Below, one piece after another: positions 11,646-24,400 of a stretch of 64,000 bases of DNA. The position numbers and the translations under genes were made by a program. Position 1 is the stretch's first letter. Each line of letters begins with the position of its first letter. This stretch comes from Haliotis cracherodii (lineage: Eukaryota), in contig NW_027266264.1 in NCBI RefSeq assembly GCF_022045235.1, positions 9,238,001 through 9,302,000 on the forward strand. The letters are read 5' to 3'. The notes under the pieces are model-generated. The model worked only from the letters and a program-made list of their open reading frames with translations. It did no database searches and was not told the DNA's origin.

Positions 11646-12096
11646 TGTTAGTGTCGATGTATCCTCATAACGGTTCTAAAGTAAGTGAGCTACTCGCCTA
11701 TGTCGCAAACGGCTATATATGATACAAATATACGTACAGTGAACGATCTCGGACGTGTAGCGTATGTAGGGTGAGCGTCGTGAACGCAGAGACCACATTC
11801 GATTATATGGTCTCTGGTGAACGTTATCACAACGTTTTAGGATTGGAAGTATGTATACATTAACTAAACTGCAAGGATATTATGTAGATCATCCATTCTT
11901 ATATATTATATCATATACATGAACAGTATATATTATTGCTGAGTGGTTAAATACATAACTTATGACATTTCGGTGCTGTGTACTATTATTAGAAACCGCG
12001 GGTAAACGAAGCGAACGTTTTCTTCATGTTGACCACGTGATCTGTTTGGACCCAAATATAGAAATCACATGGCTTGTGACGTCAGACATGTAGAAA
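11646..12096. promoter_or_regulatory. Putative bidirectional promoter, KIN17-like / FBXO33
   Basis: 451 bp between divergent ATGs, locally CpG-rich. E-box CACGTG at 12034-12039, full CRE TGACGTCA at 12077-12084, and a second CRE near 12516 in intron 1. Confidence 0.65.
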
Positions 12097-15000
12097 ATGG
12101 CAGCAGGGCCGAACTGGGCATACTCGCCTGGTGTAATTATTGTTGAAATTCTCTCCTATTTGTCGCTTCGTGACAGACTCAGAGCTGCGTCTATTTGTAA
12201 GAGATGGAGATCGTGCCTTTTCCACCCTTCACTTTGGAACAGTGTCGTGTTTGAACTGGGTGAAAGGGGTAGAGCGAAGTCTAAATTTCTTGCAGACAGA
12301 TGTGGCCGTTTCGTGCGTGGAGCGGTTGTCAAATTCAACTCGCTCAGTGTCGCAGAAGTGAGAGAATGTGGCAGAATACTAGCTATCCTTTCGGAAAACA
12401 AGAACTTGAGGCATTTCTCTCTTCAACCTTCGAGTTGCCACATCGAATGGCCCGACACTGAGGCTGTCCATATTATTGACAAGTAAGCATATTCCACTGT
12501 TTATGTTGTGCTTGTGACGTCAGCAGGTCAAGGCGCTCTGGTGGAATTTCGTCGAATTGCGCAGTTGCATCAGTTTTTCTGACCATTTATATGTGACACT
12601 TATCGACGTGCAAAAAAAACATAAGCAGAATGTCTACGTTTATACAATATTGATAATCAGAGTTCGTGTTAGTAGGTTATTTTTGTAACATATGGGCATC
12701 CGCACAGTGGACAAATACTGGTCTATTTGTAAACAAACAGCTGTCAAAACTAACACTTCTGAGATAACACGAGGAAGGAGACGTTTCGTGTGCAATTGAA
12801 AAATTGCCTCAAAAGGTCAACTGGGTGACGTAATGATAATGTGTTGAACTCTGTTAATGGAGTAAACAGCTGGTAAATGATTAATGGATGTAATTGAAAG
12901 CTGGGTATGGCGGTAGGTTAGTTTTGTATGCTGCTCTCAAATTATATTCTCTTAATATCATGAACAGGACATCAGAGAATTAGTCATCACATATTGTTTG
13001 AATGTAGGCAATTAAAAACAGGACATAAGTATAACAAGGGAACACTAAAACGTTTTGGTGACTGCACTGCATGTTACTTTAAGGGCAGAAAGGTGAGCAA
13101 CCACCTGCTGAGTTAATGCCTAAAAGATAATGAATAACAAACTGTTTTGTCCTGTGTTATAAATTTGGATTCAAGGTTGTTTCACATCTTCATATAATCA
13201 TTTGGATTTATTTTAAAGGAAAGTAGGAATGTCACATGGAGGCGATGTTTATCCGTTATACAGGTTACAAAGACTAAGTTTTTCCATGTTAAAGCATACC
13301 TGGTACTGTCTCAAAACACCCATTTGATCTGCAGTCTCTTTTATGTCTGGGTAATGTCTGAAACACCACATGTTTTCTGAGATAGATGGTATTACTGGCC
13401 AATTTCCCAAACACCACATGTTATCTGAGATACATGATTATCTTGTATTCCTGGGTAATGTCTGTAACGCCTCATAATATCTGCACTAGGTGATTCTTTT
13501 GTATTGCAGGCAATGTTTAAAACACCATATATTATCTGTGTTCCAGGTACCTGGACTTGATTGAGTGTCTGATTGAGCACAGCTGTAAACTGAAACACTT
13601 GTCTCTCGGATGTGTCGAGGAACTTCTGGTTCACAGCAGTTCCCTCCTGCAGAAACTGTCCTCCAAACATGGCTCCAGCCTCCAGTCTCTCCACCTGGCC
13701 AGTGTCAAGGAGGACAGCGAGAACTACGGCATCATTGACCTCAGCCCCGCCAAATTTCACAACTTCTACCTTTTGCAGAGTCTGAGTTTGGACTATGATT
13801 ACTTGACAAATGAACTGCTGGATCAGTTCGCGAACTCAGACAGAGCAAAGCTCCAGAAACTCTGCATCAATGTTCATGGTATTGAAGCCGACCATGAACG
13901 TATCACAAATGACACATGGAGGAAGATTAGAAACTACAGCCCCAAGCTGGAGGTGACCCTCAATCTGATTCATTCCTATGATGGAGTTGCCTCCCTTCTC
14001 GACATCTTTCAGCCAGCCATGCCACTGATTCATTTTCGACAATTCTTCTGCTCGCATGTAAACATGGCTTCCATAAGTTATATCTCGTCACATTATCGGA
14101 ACAGCCTGAAGACACTCCACATTGTTGATGGTCTGGTGGATGACATGTCTAGTCTCTATGACAACCACGACATGGAAGACCCCTTTGTCATGCTAGCATG
14201 GCAGTGTCAGAAGCTTGAGCACTTTACACTCATGGGTAAGTTAACTGTACCTCATGTATAGCATCTTTTTGTAAGCAGTATAATTAATTAACACACAATA
14301 CCATTTAGAAAGTGGTCAGATGTAACAAATGTTTTATTTTGGATAACATTTTCTTAGTTGAGATTCTAGTATTTTGTGGGGGTTGAGGTCCATCCTGGAT
14401 TTGAACCAACACTGCCAAAGTGAGGCACCTAATCGCCAGCACACAAAGTCAGCGATCTAACCCACTCAGCCACCGAGGCATTGTGTGTTCACAGCTTTCA
14501 TGTACTAGAATCTGTACTTTACTAAGAAATTGTTATCACAAATATAGCATTTGTTACAGTATAATTAATGCTCCTCCCTTTGAAAACTAAACCATCCACC
14601 AAATATAATAATCAGTCCTCACCATGCTTACAACGCTCTTATCCATACATGAGTACTTACATACTTATCAGGAAACCTCTGAATCTTTTGGGTGACTAAA
14701 TGTGTCACTGGCATATGTAGCTGGAGACTAGCAAAGTTAGCTTCAAGATAAACAGACAAAGAGTAAGAGTGATTCTTTCACTTATTCGGCCCCAAGTCTA
14801 CAGCAAATGTCAGCCGAAATGCCCAATTTAGAGTGAGTGAGTTGGGTCTAACACTGCTTTTAACAATATTTCAGTCGTATATCACAGTGGGACAAGGGAC
14901 ACAACTCTGCACAGCAAATTGCAGCGCCTTAGACAACTGGGAAACTGTGCCCCCCCAAATTTAGAAGTTTATCAGACAGTAAAGAACAATACAAAATGTG

Positions 15001-18000
15001 TGGAAGTAATCTTTGCAAGTAATTATTATTAAGTGCCCCTCCCATCCCTGATGATGTGTGACAGATCCAGAATACCCTTAGTGGTTTCTCTTCTGCTTCA
15101 CTGCTCATGGTGAAGGTAGAAGATGAATTTTTCAACCGGTATTCATTGGGAAAAGTTTTTAGATATAACTTTAATTGTCCACAGTGAGAGTTTAGATGCT
15201 AGCTCTATATTAGTAATAATTTTGTTAACATGTTTAACAGAACCATGATAAACCTCAAAATGCTGAAGCTTGTTATAAGGATTATGAGAACAGACTTTAC
15301 TGTAAAGATGGAAAGTTTTGTGAGGAGGAAAGTACTGCCCAAACTGCGAGTGACGCACACTCTCAAAAGCTTGATGACAGTTATTTTTGTAGATACACAA
15401 CAAACAAAAAAACTTAAGGTGGCACATTTCTTCTATTTACCTCAATACATTGTCAACCAGCTGTTTGCCGAATTATGTCGATCATCCCTCACATCCTGTT
15501 TCCTGATATTACACATTGTCACTCAGTGTCAATAGTCTAATCAGGAAAGTTCACTTTCCTTCCTCATCTCGTCAAGCTGCTTACATATCTTTGAGTAGTC
15601 CTGACCTACCCCAGCCAGTCTACACTGTCAGATAAACACACTACTCCGTCCCAGCCAGTCTACACTGTCAGATAAAGACACTACTCCACCCCAGCCAGTC
15701 TACACTGTTAGATGAACACATTACTCCACCCCAGCCAGTCTACATTGTTAGATAAACACACTACTCCACCCCAGCCAGTCTACACTGTTAGATAAACACA
15801 CTACTCCACCCCAGCCAGTCTACACTGTTAGATGAACACACTACTCCACCCCAGCCAGTCTACATTATTAGATAAACACACTACTCCACCCCAGCCAGTC
15901 TACACTGTCAGAAAAACACACTACTCCGTCCCAGCCAGTCTACACTGTTAGATAAACACACTACTCCACCCCAGCCAGTCTACACTGTTAGATGAACACA
16001 TAACTCCACCCCAGCGTGTCTACACTGTTAGATAAACACTCTACTCTGTCCCAGCCAGTCTACACTGTTAGATGAACACATAACTCCACCCCAGCGTGTC
16101 TACACTGTTAGATAAACACTCTACTCTGTCCCAGCCAGTCTACACTGTCAGATAAACACACTACTACACCCCAGCCAGTCTACACTGTGAGATAAACACA
16201 CTACTCCACCCCAGCCAGTCTACACTGTTAGATAAACACACTACTCCACCCCAGCCAGTCTACACTGTTAGATGAACACATTACTCCACCCCAGCGTGTC
16301 TACACTGTTAGATAAACACACTACTCCACCCCAGCCAGTCTACACTGTTAGATGAACACATTACTCCACCCCAGCCAGTCTACACTGTTAGATAAACACA
16401 CTACTCCACCCCAGCCAGTCTACACTGTTGGATAAAAATACTTATTACCCACGTGGTGAAGATACAGGTGGTAAGATACTAAATCCGTACGTCACACGTG
16501 TGTCGTACAAGGTTGACCTTGTTTTATTCGTTTTGATTGGATAACCGTGACCTCTGTCACACCAGGACTACTTTTTTCATTCATAAAAAATCGCGAGACG
16601 TCATTCATTTTGCGATTACAAGGCAGAACTGAAGAAATTCATGAGAACGAGAGATATTTACAAACACTTTATTAAACCAAACAAGATATTCACACGCATC
16701 AAATTCGGCTTGCATTCAATATAAGTTATGCATAGAGCTCCTACAGACGTATAATCGAGCTAGATCTATAAATCGATTTACAATATACGACTGCCGATCG
16801 AGCGTGTCCCTTGAGCGTGACGCACCCGACCATTTTCGCAACTTTCAATTTGATTTAACGTAAAAGGATAAGCGTGGTGAAATGAAGTCTGTTTAAACTA
16901 TCTGGACAGATATCTAGACTTACTTGGGATGATCCGGTTGTGCCATCGGTGTCCCCTTTGACGCGTATTTTATGGCGCTGTTTCGGTAGGTGTTGTTCAT
17001 GAATGAACGAACACGACAGCACGACCAGATCACTTAAAGTTCACAGTTCCGATAAAAATCATTCGAAAACTCCGTGGAAGTGTGCCTGACTTCTGATTTT
17101 GTGGCCCCAAACATCCCAAATGTAAACAGTAACATTCCCTATCTCTAGCGTAAAACGCTGTGAGTGGATCGCGGTTGTCATTTCTTATTCCGGTGGCGAC
17201 CTTGCCCTTTGATCGTTCGAAGCTGTCACTGACATGCAAGCAGACTTGAGTTTGTTGATTTTCACGTCTTCAGTAAAGGGTGGTACAGTTAACATGAATA
17301 TATTTGGCGAACAGTCTGATTTCCCTCTTCCAAAATGGTACGGACATGATATAAATTCAGCTGATAGATCAAGGAAACCGAACCATTTTGATTGCACAGA
17401 CGGGACCCCGGCAGCGGCGCTAATGTGACATTTCAAATTTTCTTATCGGTGTCCTGCGTACTAACAACATGGCGCTTGAATTACCATAAGTTGAAGACTT
17501 TCTTCCAAAAGGATCTTGAGCGTCTACACTGTCAGATAAACACACTTCTCCGCCCCAGCAAGTCTACACTGTCAGATAAACACACTACTACGCCCCAGCA
17601 AGTCCACACTGTCAGATAAACACACTACTCTGTCCTAGCCAGTCTACACTGTCAGATAAACACACTACTCCGTCCCAGCCAGTCTACACTGTTGGATAAA
17701 CACACTACTTCGTCCCAGCCAGTCTATACCACCATGTATACTGTCAGATAAACACACTACTCCAACCTTCCTTGTCAACTTACAACAACACATGCATCTA
17801 TTGCTTAAAGGGCAAGTATCATGAAAAGTAGTAATAGTCTCACCTACAGTCACTCATCTCACAACAACATGCAACTGCAGTAGATTATTGCATAATGTAT
17901 GCCAGCAGTCAGTCCAGGTATCATAAAACACTCGGCCATGTGTATTACCAAGGGACTGTGCTTCGTCTTTGTAGTGCTATTTCAAGACTGCAACGGGATA

Positions 18001-20447
18001 TTGTGATTTGGAGAAACTAAACTAAACAAAGGAACCAGCCTGTGTTTTGCAAGCACTTGTGATCCATGCGTCCAAGATGGGGATCATCCAGATTATTTTA
18101 TCACTATGAATTGTCTTTTCCACATACAATTATTTACAGGCCACCATCATATTGCTGGAATATTGCTGGGTGCGACATTAAACAACAAATGTACTGATCA
18201 TGCTGCAGGAGGTACCTAAACCATGTAGAACAGAAACACCTTTCTTTTAAACACTTGGTACAAGAAAACAGCTGCAATGAGCAGTTTATTAAGTATTTAT
18301 TATTTTGTCACCTATGCATATGTATTGCAGGTTACGTTATTGGGGAGAATGACATCGTGGCGATAGCTCGTCTTCGAGGCCAGCAACTGAAGACCCTCAA
18401 CATTCCTGCGCGCTGTATCTCCACTGCTGAAGACGAGGAAGAGTCCAACTCATGGTTCTCAGTGGGCTGTATCAGTCGAGACTTTGCCAAGAAGGTAACC
18501 ATACCAGTCACAGGATAATGCTTCATAAAAACATGCAATATTTAAAAACAGTGACACATTTATGCATGGATTACTTTGTGGACATTTGAGATTTACCAAA
18601 AAACAGTTGCTTTCCATCTTCGACAATTGACATGATCGACAATAACATGATTGATTTCGGTAAGTCTAAACCTTTTTCATTAAATAGTTATGTAAGTTAT
18701 TATCGATGAATACAATTTCATATCGATAATTCTTAATATTTGTTCCCACTGACGATAATTCTGATTATCGATCTTTTTGGTCTGGCCTAAATAGTATTGC
18801 TACAGTTGTTTCACTTTCACAGTACATACAGTAAAGTACGTTTATAACGAACACGCTTATAACGAACTGACGGATATAACGAACTGATTTTTGGTTCCGA
18901 CTATTTGCTATAGTTATGCTGTATATATGCTTATAACGAACTACGGTTATAACAAGTTAAAGTCAGTGGTCCCGTGGAGTCCGTTATAGCCATAGTTTAC
19001 TGTACTATATATCTTGATGTATGCTTTTCCTCAAAGTATGGCTGCAGAATGACACTTCCAAATCTGAAAATATGGCAGCTATCACTTTGGCAGTTACTAA
19101 TGAATAATCTGTGGGTAGCATGGTTATGCGGTTTCTATTATTTTGGTGAGGAAAACTGCTTCGTGGATGTAAAACATTAACATGGATTATGGCAGTGCTG
19201 ATGCAACTGTACCTTCGCGCAAAGGGGAAGAGATCAAAGTCTAAATGATCAGTGGTACAAGTCAGTTTGGTTTAAGACTGTTTTGGACAGTTTGTCAGTT
19301 AATATGGGTAATACAATCTCATTAAGGTCAGACCTTAGTCATGTCATTGCTTGATTCTGCTACATCCCATAACAAGTCAAGTCAGAATGACCTTCTCAAA
19401 CTTTGACTGACCATTGAAATGACTTAACAGGAAAATGGCATCGGCTAATCAGGAATCAGCTTTCTTGAGCTTAAAACAATCACATTGGCATCTTCTGAGG
19501 TGACCTGTAATGAGATGCAGGGTTAGAAACTAACAGTTTTTGTCCACTAGTCCTTATAATGATAACATATAGCCAAACCCTTAAAATTGGCCAATTTCTA
19601 CTAGTCCTTAGGATACCTTTACCATTTGGCAGTTTGGTAAGGACTACAGGACTAGTGCCAATTTCTAACGCTGGAGATGTCCACAGATGTTTGTGTGGTG
19701 GTAGCGAGCACTAAGATCTGTGTTAAATAAGATTGTGGTTAATATGGCGTGTCAGCTTAGTATTGAAGGACCAGTGAAGGTGTATGTAGATGTATACCAA
19801 ATTGATGAAGCTACTGCTGCACATGGGACAGGTATACACGTAACAGTGGAATAGTAACACACTGCCTGGCCAGGCACCATCAGGACTGTAGTGTTGCAGG
19901 TATAGACCCATGGGGCTTAACTCCTTTAATTGATACGCTGACAGTAAGGCTTACCGTACCTCAATTGTCTCTGGTCATAGGGACTGATAGATAACCATTG
20001 TGGTGAAATGTCTGCATATGTAACTGTACTATATTACCTCTCAGCTTTGTAAATAACTATTTATAAGCAAATACAACAATTTACGAGCATGACAGTTTAT
20101 TTGATGGCAACTGTTACTGGTTGGCTGGCCTTAAATAGCATGTATGACTCACCGATGCTATGATTTTTTCCAAATTGTGGGTGGGCTTGAAACCATGAAG
20201 CCTCCAACTTGACTCATCCAGCAATACTAGGAATCACAGATGGATCAAAACCTTCCACACTTGGGTAGTCTGTATATTGTGTATGTTTTCACTTACCTTT
20301 TTCTTTAAGGTATCTGAGAGCCTGCGTTATGATTGGCTGCCCATAGAAGATGATGATCTGCCAATGGCTGTGCTACGAGATGAAGCGGATGCTGAGGCAG
20401 CCTACATGAACACCCTGCTCTCGGACCAAGTGTGGGAGGGGGAGTAG
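12097..20447 (+). CDS. FBXO33: F-box only protein 33 (458 aa)
   Basis: Exons 12097-12482, 13547-14235, 18331-18494 and 20310-20447 are phase-consistent. N-terminal F-box: IVEILSYLSLRDRLRAASICKRWRSCLFHPSLW. The segments KFLADRCGRFVR and EDPFVMLAWQCQKL..GY.....IVAIARLRGQQLKTL match recalled FBXO33 signatures. Confidence 0.9.
15608..16436. repeat. 40-bp minisatellite, ~21 copies (continues at 17522-17765, ~6 copies)
   Basis: Unit ccccagccagtctacactgttagataaacacactactcca, exact 40-bp period. Confidence 0.97.
16437..17521 (-). mobile_element. CpG-rich insertion with a degenerate THAP-like reading frame (DNA-transposon relic)
   Basis: Interrupts the minisatellite. Frame 17487-17185 reads MVIQAPCC*YAGHR*ENLKCH...QSKWFGFL...SCPYHFGRGKSDCSPNIF, resembling the THAP pattern C..W..C..HF..P.IF. 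Confidence 0.4.
17522..17765. repeat. 40-bp minisatellite, distal block
   Basis: Same unit as 15608-16436. Confidence 0.9.
18829..19002. mobile_element. Tc1/mariner (pogo-like) MITE family B
   Basis: TA-cagtaaagtacg ... tttactg-TA with internal ttataacgaac repeats. Inverted copy at 46411-46585; degenerate copy at ~50016-50160. Confidence 0.85.
19314..19735. mobile_element. Old MITE family A copy with nested MITE family C (19518-19673)
   Basis: caatctcattaa...aagattg ends; 9-bp TSD tgggtaata/tggttaata. Inner element cagggttagaaa...tttctaacgctg is flanked by duplicated gagatg. Confidence 0.8.
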
Positions 20448-21209
20448 ATGACACGGGTACCTCCTGATGAGAAGGGGTTTCGACAGGTCTGAGATCAACT
20501 GTCGGAATCCGCAGACAGCAGTCAGCAGGTGCTGTACTGCTTGGAGGAACCATCCTTCATGATCAAATTTCTGTCCCCAGGAGATTTGCATTCATTCTTA
20601 TTTTTGACCAGAAGACAGGAAATTCTGTAATTAATTTAGATCCTTTGGCCATGTTGGCTGTTTTAAAAGTTTTTCCCCAGATGATATTAGAAGTGTAAGG
20701 ATTATGAACACACCAATCTTTGAAAATGGAGTGACTTTTGACAGGTAAATGTGGTATTGACTATCAAAATTCCTTACTTGTTCCATGGGTTTCACACCAG
20801 TTCTCTGTTGATTTTCAGCATGAGTCTTTTATTGCAAATGCATATATATGTGAAACTATTGAGACCATACTGCAGGAAGACGCATTGTAGATATATCTTT
20901 TTCCGAATATTTCTAAGCAACCAATTTGTGATGTACGTAAAACTGAACTGTGAACATTAGGACAAGTTTAAGTTGAAGACTGATTCTTTTAGCTTTAATG
21001 AATTTCAGTTGCTGTTCTGGTCTGTCCTCAAGAATTTAGGTTGTGGGGTAGCCGTGGGTTTAAAATATACTACTCAAAAGAAGTCAAGGATCACTTGATT
21101 ATTATAGTTAATCTGTCATGCCATGAGAAATTAATTATTTTGAGGAGTATCTTCACTCACCATACCCCAAACCTTAGTTTCAATTCCCCACACTGGTACT
21201 ATTGAATAT

Positions 21210-21431
21210 GTCTTCAGCAACCCATGCTTGCCGTAAAAAGTGACTATGCTTGTAAGAGGCTAAGTAAATTACGGCATCGGGTGGTCAGGCTTGCTGACTT
21301 GGTTGATGCATGTCATCGATCCCAATTGCATGGATCGATGCTCATGGTGTCAATCACTGGATTGTCTGGTCCAGACTCGATTTTTTACAGACCGCCGTCA
21401 TATAGCTGGAATATTGCAACAAACAAACAAA
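21210..21431 (+). mobile_element. Retroposon family 3
   Basis: Same body and (aaac)n tail as 8773-9034. Confidence 0.8.
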
Positions 21432-24400
21432 ACACTATTTGTGATGGGATTGATTAAACAGTTTGACTTCATCCCAAATATAGTCTTTGCTACACATGCT
21501 GAGATGTTGATGCAGTATGGTCTTGATCAGTTCCATGATAGGGGGGCCAGTATGGAGATCAGAAATACTCATTGACCTAATATCAGGTATCGCTATGGTC
21601 TCATGTGAACATACATAATCGTGTGTCGATTTATTATCTTATGATCAGGTCGGTGTATTCAATTCTGGGCATTACAGACTGAAACAATCAAAGTACTGAG
21701 TTTGGGCGCTGAACATTCCATCCTGATGAATATGGTTACTACTTTTATTTTCAACATGTTCAATAGGTGTGTATATTTGCGATCAGTATTCATTCAAATT
21801 AAACCTAAGGAAATCAAACATCCCCAGCGTGAAAATTGTTTCAGATGTTTAAATGTCTTGTATAATCATACTTCTGTATGACCGCTCAAGTTGCTTGCAT
21901 CAAACATTGGCCTATGCTTTGCTTCAGTAAACATGTTTGTTGAAATCAATTTATTTTGGTGAAATAGATAGTGTATCTGTCAATTTGCCCATGATCCTTC
22001 ATTGACTGATGAACCATCGTGACAACACAATTTATGACTTTGAGAAAATTAAGTCAAATTTTACAGGATTTTAGAAGACAATGTACATTTACTAAAGTCT
22101 CCCTAGTGCAATATTTATGTGAATCTCAGAGGAATCGATAAGAAAACATTTGAAAATAGTGTGAAATCTAGATCATGTATTTGATTGTTTGGATCTAAAC
22201 GGCAAGTATGAGAAATCTGTTGTGCAGAATGTCTTGTCAGCAGGCACTGGTTTCATGACACTGGTTTGACCCATCATGGTATATACTTTAGTGGGAACAG
22301 ATCTGCCAGTGGACTTCAGGATTCAAGATTGTTTTCCTCTATTTGTTCTAAAATTTGCTGAGTATATCTTCAAACTGAACCATTTGCCTGATTATATGAC
22401 CGATTTTCTGTAGCCTCATGAGAGATATGGCCACTTTCATCACCAGTGGCGGTTACACAGTTTAAGATGGGTGACCAACTGAAATGGCAGATGCCTATGA
22501 ATTGAAACCAGTTTCAGGTATCAAGTTTATGCTATTCAGAATTGCATGTAAAAGGATTCTGTGATTATTATTACCTTTTGTCAATCAACATTGTGATTGT
22601 CGTGTCCAGCTTGTGGAAGGAGTTCAGTGCAGTGGCTGTTGGAAGCAGGAACAAGCCAGCACCATCTTCTTGTTGTTGGTTTAGGAAATAGAAGAAAACA
22701 TGTCATTTGCTTGGAAAGCAAACATGTATTTGTTGATAGATCTCATGAGGAAGTTGCATGATATATGCCCCTCCTGTTATTTGGAAGATAGTGTATGATC
22801 CTGTCATGAGGTTACTATTTTATTAGTGGTATGCAAGAAAGGTTACAAGAGTTATGTTCCATTGTAAACAGATAGTCAAGTTCCCCACTGTGATGGGTCC
22901 CCACAACCATGCTTGGAGTTGAACTCGCAACCGACTGACCGTTATGTTTACAAACAAATGACGACTGTCGTGACGCTGAATACTCTAACCCCATCTAAAT
23001 TATTTTCTTTTTCAGTTTGAATTGCTATTTCATTTCAACTATCACGTAATTGGTAAAGTAAGAATGTAAGGGGAAGTTGGGTGATTTTCTGTTCATCTGC
23101 AATCTCTAACCAATCTGATTAAACAACAAAAAGGTAAGTTTATTTGGGAAATCTCGTCAGTTGTAAACCTTTTCAAAATTTGCTATGATGGCATTCCCAA
23201 AGACATAAACAAAACTGAAAACTTGACTTTGGGGTAGAGGGCAAATTTCAAGATTCTTGTAATGGCCACTTCCACACTTACAGCAGGGTGTAACGAAGGT
23301 GTCACAGGCTGGGAAGGAGCTTGACAAACGGGTTGTTTACAAAGGGACATAACTCTTGTGGCCCTTCTTGCATACCACATATTGTATAGTAGCCTATATC
23401 AATCCTAATGTATTGAATCAGTATGCTTCCCAAGGCCCCCTTGCTTGATGTTATATGTGTTGTATTGATTGTCAAGTCCGTTTACTGGAACATTGATACA
23501 CATTGTGCTAGTTAAGAATTATTTATACAAGAGGGCTTTGGGAAGGATTTGTATACCCAGGCAGTACCTCATGACCGTGATTTAGTACATTGCCTTTTTA
23601 GCAGCCATTGCACAGAATCTCTTGTTATTACAAACTGTTCCATATTCTGCTGGAGGAGTTGTTATCAACCATGTTACTTTGTTTTAGATTGACAAAGTAA
23701 ACTTGGGATATGTAGGTGTAACAAATGTTTTGAAGGCAAAAGAACCAAGAACAGCTTTGACAAGATAATGACCCGACTGGGATGTCAGGATGGTGAGAGT
23801 ATCTAATTCCAAAAGATTTTGTGACCTTTTACCATTTGAAGTTTGATGTTACTAGTTCATTGAGCTCTTTTTATCTTTTGTGTCAACTAAATTTTCTATA
23901 TAATTGTGCAAGTAATAAGGTGACAGTGATCCCGTATTCAGGATTTGTTTGTTATAATGACAGAAGTCTATATTGTTTTTTCTATCTTCTACTAGTTGAG
24001 CCAAGTTTGGAACTTGTGTGTTTAAAATGATAATTGCTGTTGAACATGTTTGACCCTTCATCTGCTGGTAAGATGTATTTAGATGTATTTTCCACCATAT
24101 TTGGTAGTTTCAACCAGTGTGTTAAACAATGAATGTTATGAAGCCCCAGATCCATTGTGACTATCTGTGCATTAGCCTGGTGGTTGTTGAGATAGTGGTG
24201 CTTTGTTTGAGACCAGTATTAACGTTAACACCAGTGTCTTTGAGATAGAAACATGACTGCCTTATATCGGACTTCAATAGGGCAGGGCGCTCGCTACAGC
24301 GCAGCATGAAAACCGGCCGCAGGACTCTCGTACAACAAGACAATCAGGACTCATTGTTGTTCAAATCATTGAGCGGTCTTTCCATTCCAGTTACTATGTG

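Noticed and set aside
15608-17765. CRISPR-like periodic array
   Set aside because: Head-to-tail 40-bp units with no unique spacers, in a eukaryotic intron, with no cas genes; it is a minisatellite.
12097-20447. FBXL3/FBXL21 assignment
   Set aside because: The signature segments (RCGRFVR, EDPFVMLAW, AIARLRG) fit FBXO33 better.
20463-20490. Hammerhead ribozyme core at ctgatgaga...tcgacagg (and other CTGATGA hits)
   Set aside because: GAAA is replaced by GACA and there are no convincing stems I-III; none of the other hits had the full core.
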